A stretch of 19,907 bases of DNA, taken from Azolla caroliniana (Eukaryota; Plantae; Polypodiophyta). Position 1 is the first letter of the stretch. Each line of letters begins with the position of its first letter. The position numbers and the translations under genes were made by a program. Location: positions 1-19,907 of the forward strand of contig JBHGNT010000588.1 in assembly GCA_043228905.1 (NCBI GenBank), read 5' to 3'. Positions 19,442-19,907 of the stretch are shown here, piece by piece. The notes beneath the pieces are model-generated. The model did no database searches. It saw nothing but the letters and a program-made list of their open reading frames with translations, and was not told the DNA's origin.

Positions 19442-19907
19442 ATGGCAAAGCTTACTTCCGTATTCCTCATGGCCGTGATCATGCTCGCCGCGTGTACCGC
19501 GGCCAATGCTAGGTCTGTAGGGCGGGACCGTGAAGAGGAGCGACGCGATCGACGTCGTGAGGGAGACATTGACGAGGAGAGGCGCGATCGACGCCGAGAG
19601 GGGGAGTGCGATGACGAGAGGCGCGAGCGACGTCGTGAGGGGTTCCTTGAGGAGGGGCGCCGCTACAGAGACAACAAGAGAGACTCCGAAGAGGAAAGGG
19701 AACGTCGTAGCCGTGGTCGCGATGAGCCACGTGACGAGGAACTGAGGCGAGAGTGCGGTGATTTCATCGACAAGCAGATCCGAGAGCTACAAGAGCGCTC
19801 CGAAAGAGAGGAAGGTGAACAAGGACGTCGCTCCCCATGGATCGAAAACACTCGATACTCAAGACCCTCGGAACGGTGCTGCAGGAACGTCGAACGAATC
19901 CCCGCCG
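19442..19907 (+). CDS. Arg/Glu-rich 2S albumin-like storage protein precursor, long variant, 3'-partial (runs off the window)
   Basis: ATG at 19442, intact signal peptide, extra 15 bp at 19612-19626, open to the window end (...CCRNVERIPA). Absent from the ORF track, presumably because no stop is reached. Confidence 0.85.
   Translation, partial: MAKLTSVFLMAVIMLAACTAANARSVGRDREEERRDRRREGDIDEERRDRRREGECDDERRERRREGFLEEGRRYRDNKRDSEEERERRSRGRDEPRDEELRRECGDFIDKQIRELQERSEREEGEQGRRSPWIENTRYSRPSERCCRNVERIPA

Larger units (their letters stand above)
1..19907 (+). repeat. Head-to-tail tandem gene array, unit ~1640 bp (variants 1615/1641/1655), about 12 units in the window, open at both ends
   Basis: The same ORF set and spacer recur with ATG at 1381, 3021, 4676, 6316, 7956, 9571, 11211, 12866, 14521, 16161, 17801 and 19442. 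Translations in overlapping frames are identical between copies apart from a few variants. Confidence 0.99.

Noticed and set aside
1-19907. rDNA/5S array, LTR element or transgene concatemer as the explanation of the repeat
   Set aside because: I recognise no rRNA, tRNA, transposase/RT, vector, 35S or nos sequence; the unit is a native-looking protein-coding gene with its own promoter.

Overview
The whole window lies inside a head-to-tail tandem array of an almost invariant ~1.64-kb unit that runs off both ends (ATG-to-ATG spacings 1640, 1655, 1640, 1640, 1615, 1640, 1655, 1655, 1640, 1640, 1641 bp). Each unit holds one intronless + strand gene for a 256- or 261-aa secreted, extremely Arg/Glu-rich protein. 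It has a recognisable but modified 2S-albumin (prolamin superfamily) cysteine skeleton. The ~869-bp spacer carries a plant seed/spore-maturation type promoter (RY element CATGCATG, ACGT/G-box cores, TATA box). There are 10 complete intact copies (7 short, 3 long), one copy frameshifted by a 25-bp deletion and two partial copies at the edges. I found only five variant sites among the copies; their combinations imply recombination or gene conversion within the array. Best reading: a recently amplified or strongly homogenised land-plant storage-protein gene array encoding an unusually expanded, charge-balanced, arginine-rich 2S albumin. The organism cannot be determined from the sequence. The family call rests on motif recognition, not a database search.
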